Assembly: GCF_001194135.2 (NCBI RefSeq)
Contig: NC_068993.1
Coordinates: forward strand, 14,859,438-14,896,378
Origin: Octopus bimaculoides
Lineage: Eukaryota
DNA: 36,941 nt
Direction of reading: 5' to 3'
How positions within the stretch are numbered: position 1 is the first letter of the stretch; the number at the start of each line of letters is the position of its first letter. The notes beneath the pieces were generated by a model, which had not been told where the DNA came from, ran no database searches, and worked only from the letters and a program-made list of their open reading frames with translations. Positions 35,838-36,941 of the stretch are shown here, piece after piece. The translations under genes and the position numbers were made by a program.

Positions 35838-36255
35838 TCAGACTGAGTACAAAGTACAAAGTAAGCAACGTTTTGAACCATGACATTCATCACAATATAT
35901 TTCAACAATGCGGAAATTTTATTCATCAAAGTACCATTACAATCAATACGTATTCACCGACGATTCACAAGTTCCTTTATTCCGGTAACATAATAATCTG
36001 GAGTTCTGGGGCTGATGGACTCTTTGAACGGACTTTCAGCATCGGTCTCATTTTTGAACTCCTTCTCAGACTGACAGGAAACCATTCATGTGCTTGAAAA
36101 AGTAGTAGCCGGCAGAGAAAGGTCTGGGTAATATGCTGGGTGGGGAAGTAATTTGTAGCCAAGTTCTCTCAACTTCTGGAGCGTCTTTAGTGAAACGTGT
36201 GGTCGAGCGTTGTCACGAAGAATGATTGACCCTCTTCTGTTGACCAGTCAAGGGC
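35838..36255 (-). mobile_element. mariner (DD34D, Hsmar1/cecropia-like) transposase 3' relic
   Basis: Minus strand reads LVNRRGSIILRDNARPHVSLKTLQKLRELGYKLLPHPAYYPDLS..YYFFKHM..EFKNETDAESPFKESISPRTPDYYVTGIKELVNRR*IRIDCNG, collinear with the mariner C-terminus. Confidence 0.9.
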
Positions 36256-36639
36256 GGTCAACAGAATATTGAAAGAAAGAAAATGGCGAAAGATGGATGT
36301 ATGAATAATTTATTTGTATGATATAAAAATGTTCATTTTTTAAAAATAACAATACAAATAAATTATAAGTTGCGAAGCTCAAAAAGAAATGGAATTTCCG
36401 AAAAAAAAAACTTACATATATGAATTGGTTCTAGCCCCTAGTTGATATGTAATTCTAAGCATTTGGTTATATACTAAGAATGGAATCATTTTTAACTCTA
36501 TGAGGCAGAATTTCTTCAAAGTTCCTACGAGCTTATTGAACAAAGGTAAACATATGTCTTGAAAGGATACTTACAAAATACTAATAAGATAAAGAAGTTT
36601 CATCCTATATATAATGTAAATGTACCTAATATTTTACTC

Positions 36640-36900
36640 TTTCCATTGATTCATTCAACTGACTGTGATTAGGCTAGTTTACCGACTTGAAGAATTTTAG
36701 TCAAACGAATCGACCCTTGTGCTTATTTTTCAAGCCTAATACTTATTTCATCGGTTACTTTTGCCAAAATGCTAAGTTACGGGTCATAAACGCACCGAAA
36801 CCCGTTATTAAGCGGTTTTAAGGAGCAAACCAACACATATACTCACATTCACACACACACACATACATGCACACACGCACACACATGCAAACATGCACAA
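36640..36900 (-). mobile_element. SINE family II tail plus microsatellite, degenerate
   Basis: TTTTAGTCAAACGAATCGACCC..TACTTATTTCATCGG..TTTTGCCAAAATGCTAAGTTACGGG followed by a CA-rich tract. Confidence 0.7.
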
Positions 36901-36910
36901 ATGCGCACGA

Positions 36911-36941
<31 letters not shown>

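Noticed and set aside
36235-36266. 11-bp stem hairpin TTCTGTTGACC/GGTCAACAGAA
   Set aside because: One arm is mariner coding sequence (LVNR) at the truncation point; likely a breakpoint by-product or chance, and not a terminator.

Overview
Eukaryotic, AT-rich, microsatellite-dense draft-assembly DNA with 8 N-gaps. It is most likely from an octopus (coleoid cephalopod); I infer this from the SINE families and repeat landscape and have not confirmed it by search. I found no complete protein-coding gene, RNA gene or CRISPR array. Nearly all ORFs in the supplied track are microsatellite or N-gap artefacts, or antisense reads of transposon relics. The window is mainly a mobile-element graveyard: two abundant tRNA-derived SINE families, a Nin-domain-like SINE fragment, a hAT MITE with a perfect 8-bp TSD, two Tc1/mariner transposase relics, and decayed LINE fragments (HERO/NeSL-like, R4/Dong-like, RTE-like, CR1/L2-like, and a 3' end with two C2H2 fingers). 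Two signals are not explained by these repeats. (1) A set of same-strand paralogous exon-like modules, clearest at 23.2-24.6 kb where splice sites and reading frame are kept, with decayed copies near 5.2, 13.6, 14.7, 17.9-18.2 and 25.1 kb; this suggests a tandemly duplicated, partly pseudogenised membrane-protein locus. (2) A GC-rich 142-nt fold-back hairpin at 7833-7974 next to a triplicated 26-bp unit. All alignments and foldings were done by eye.
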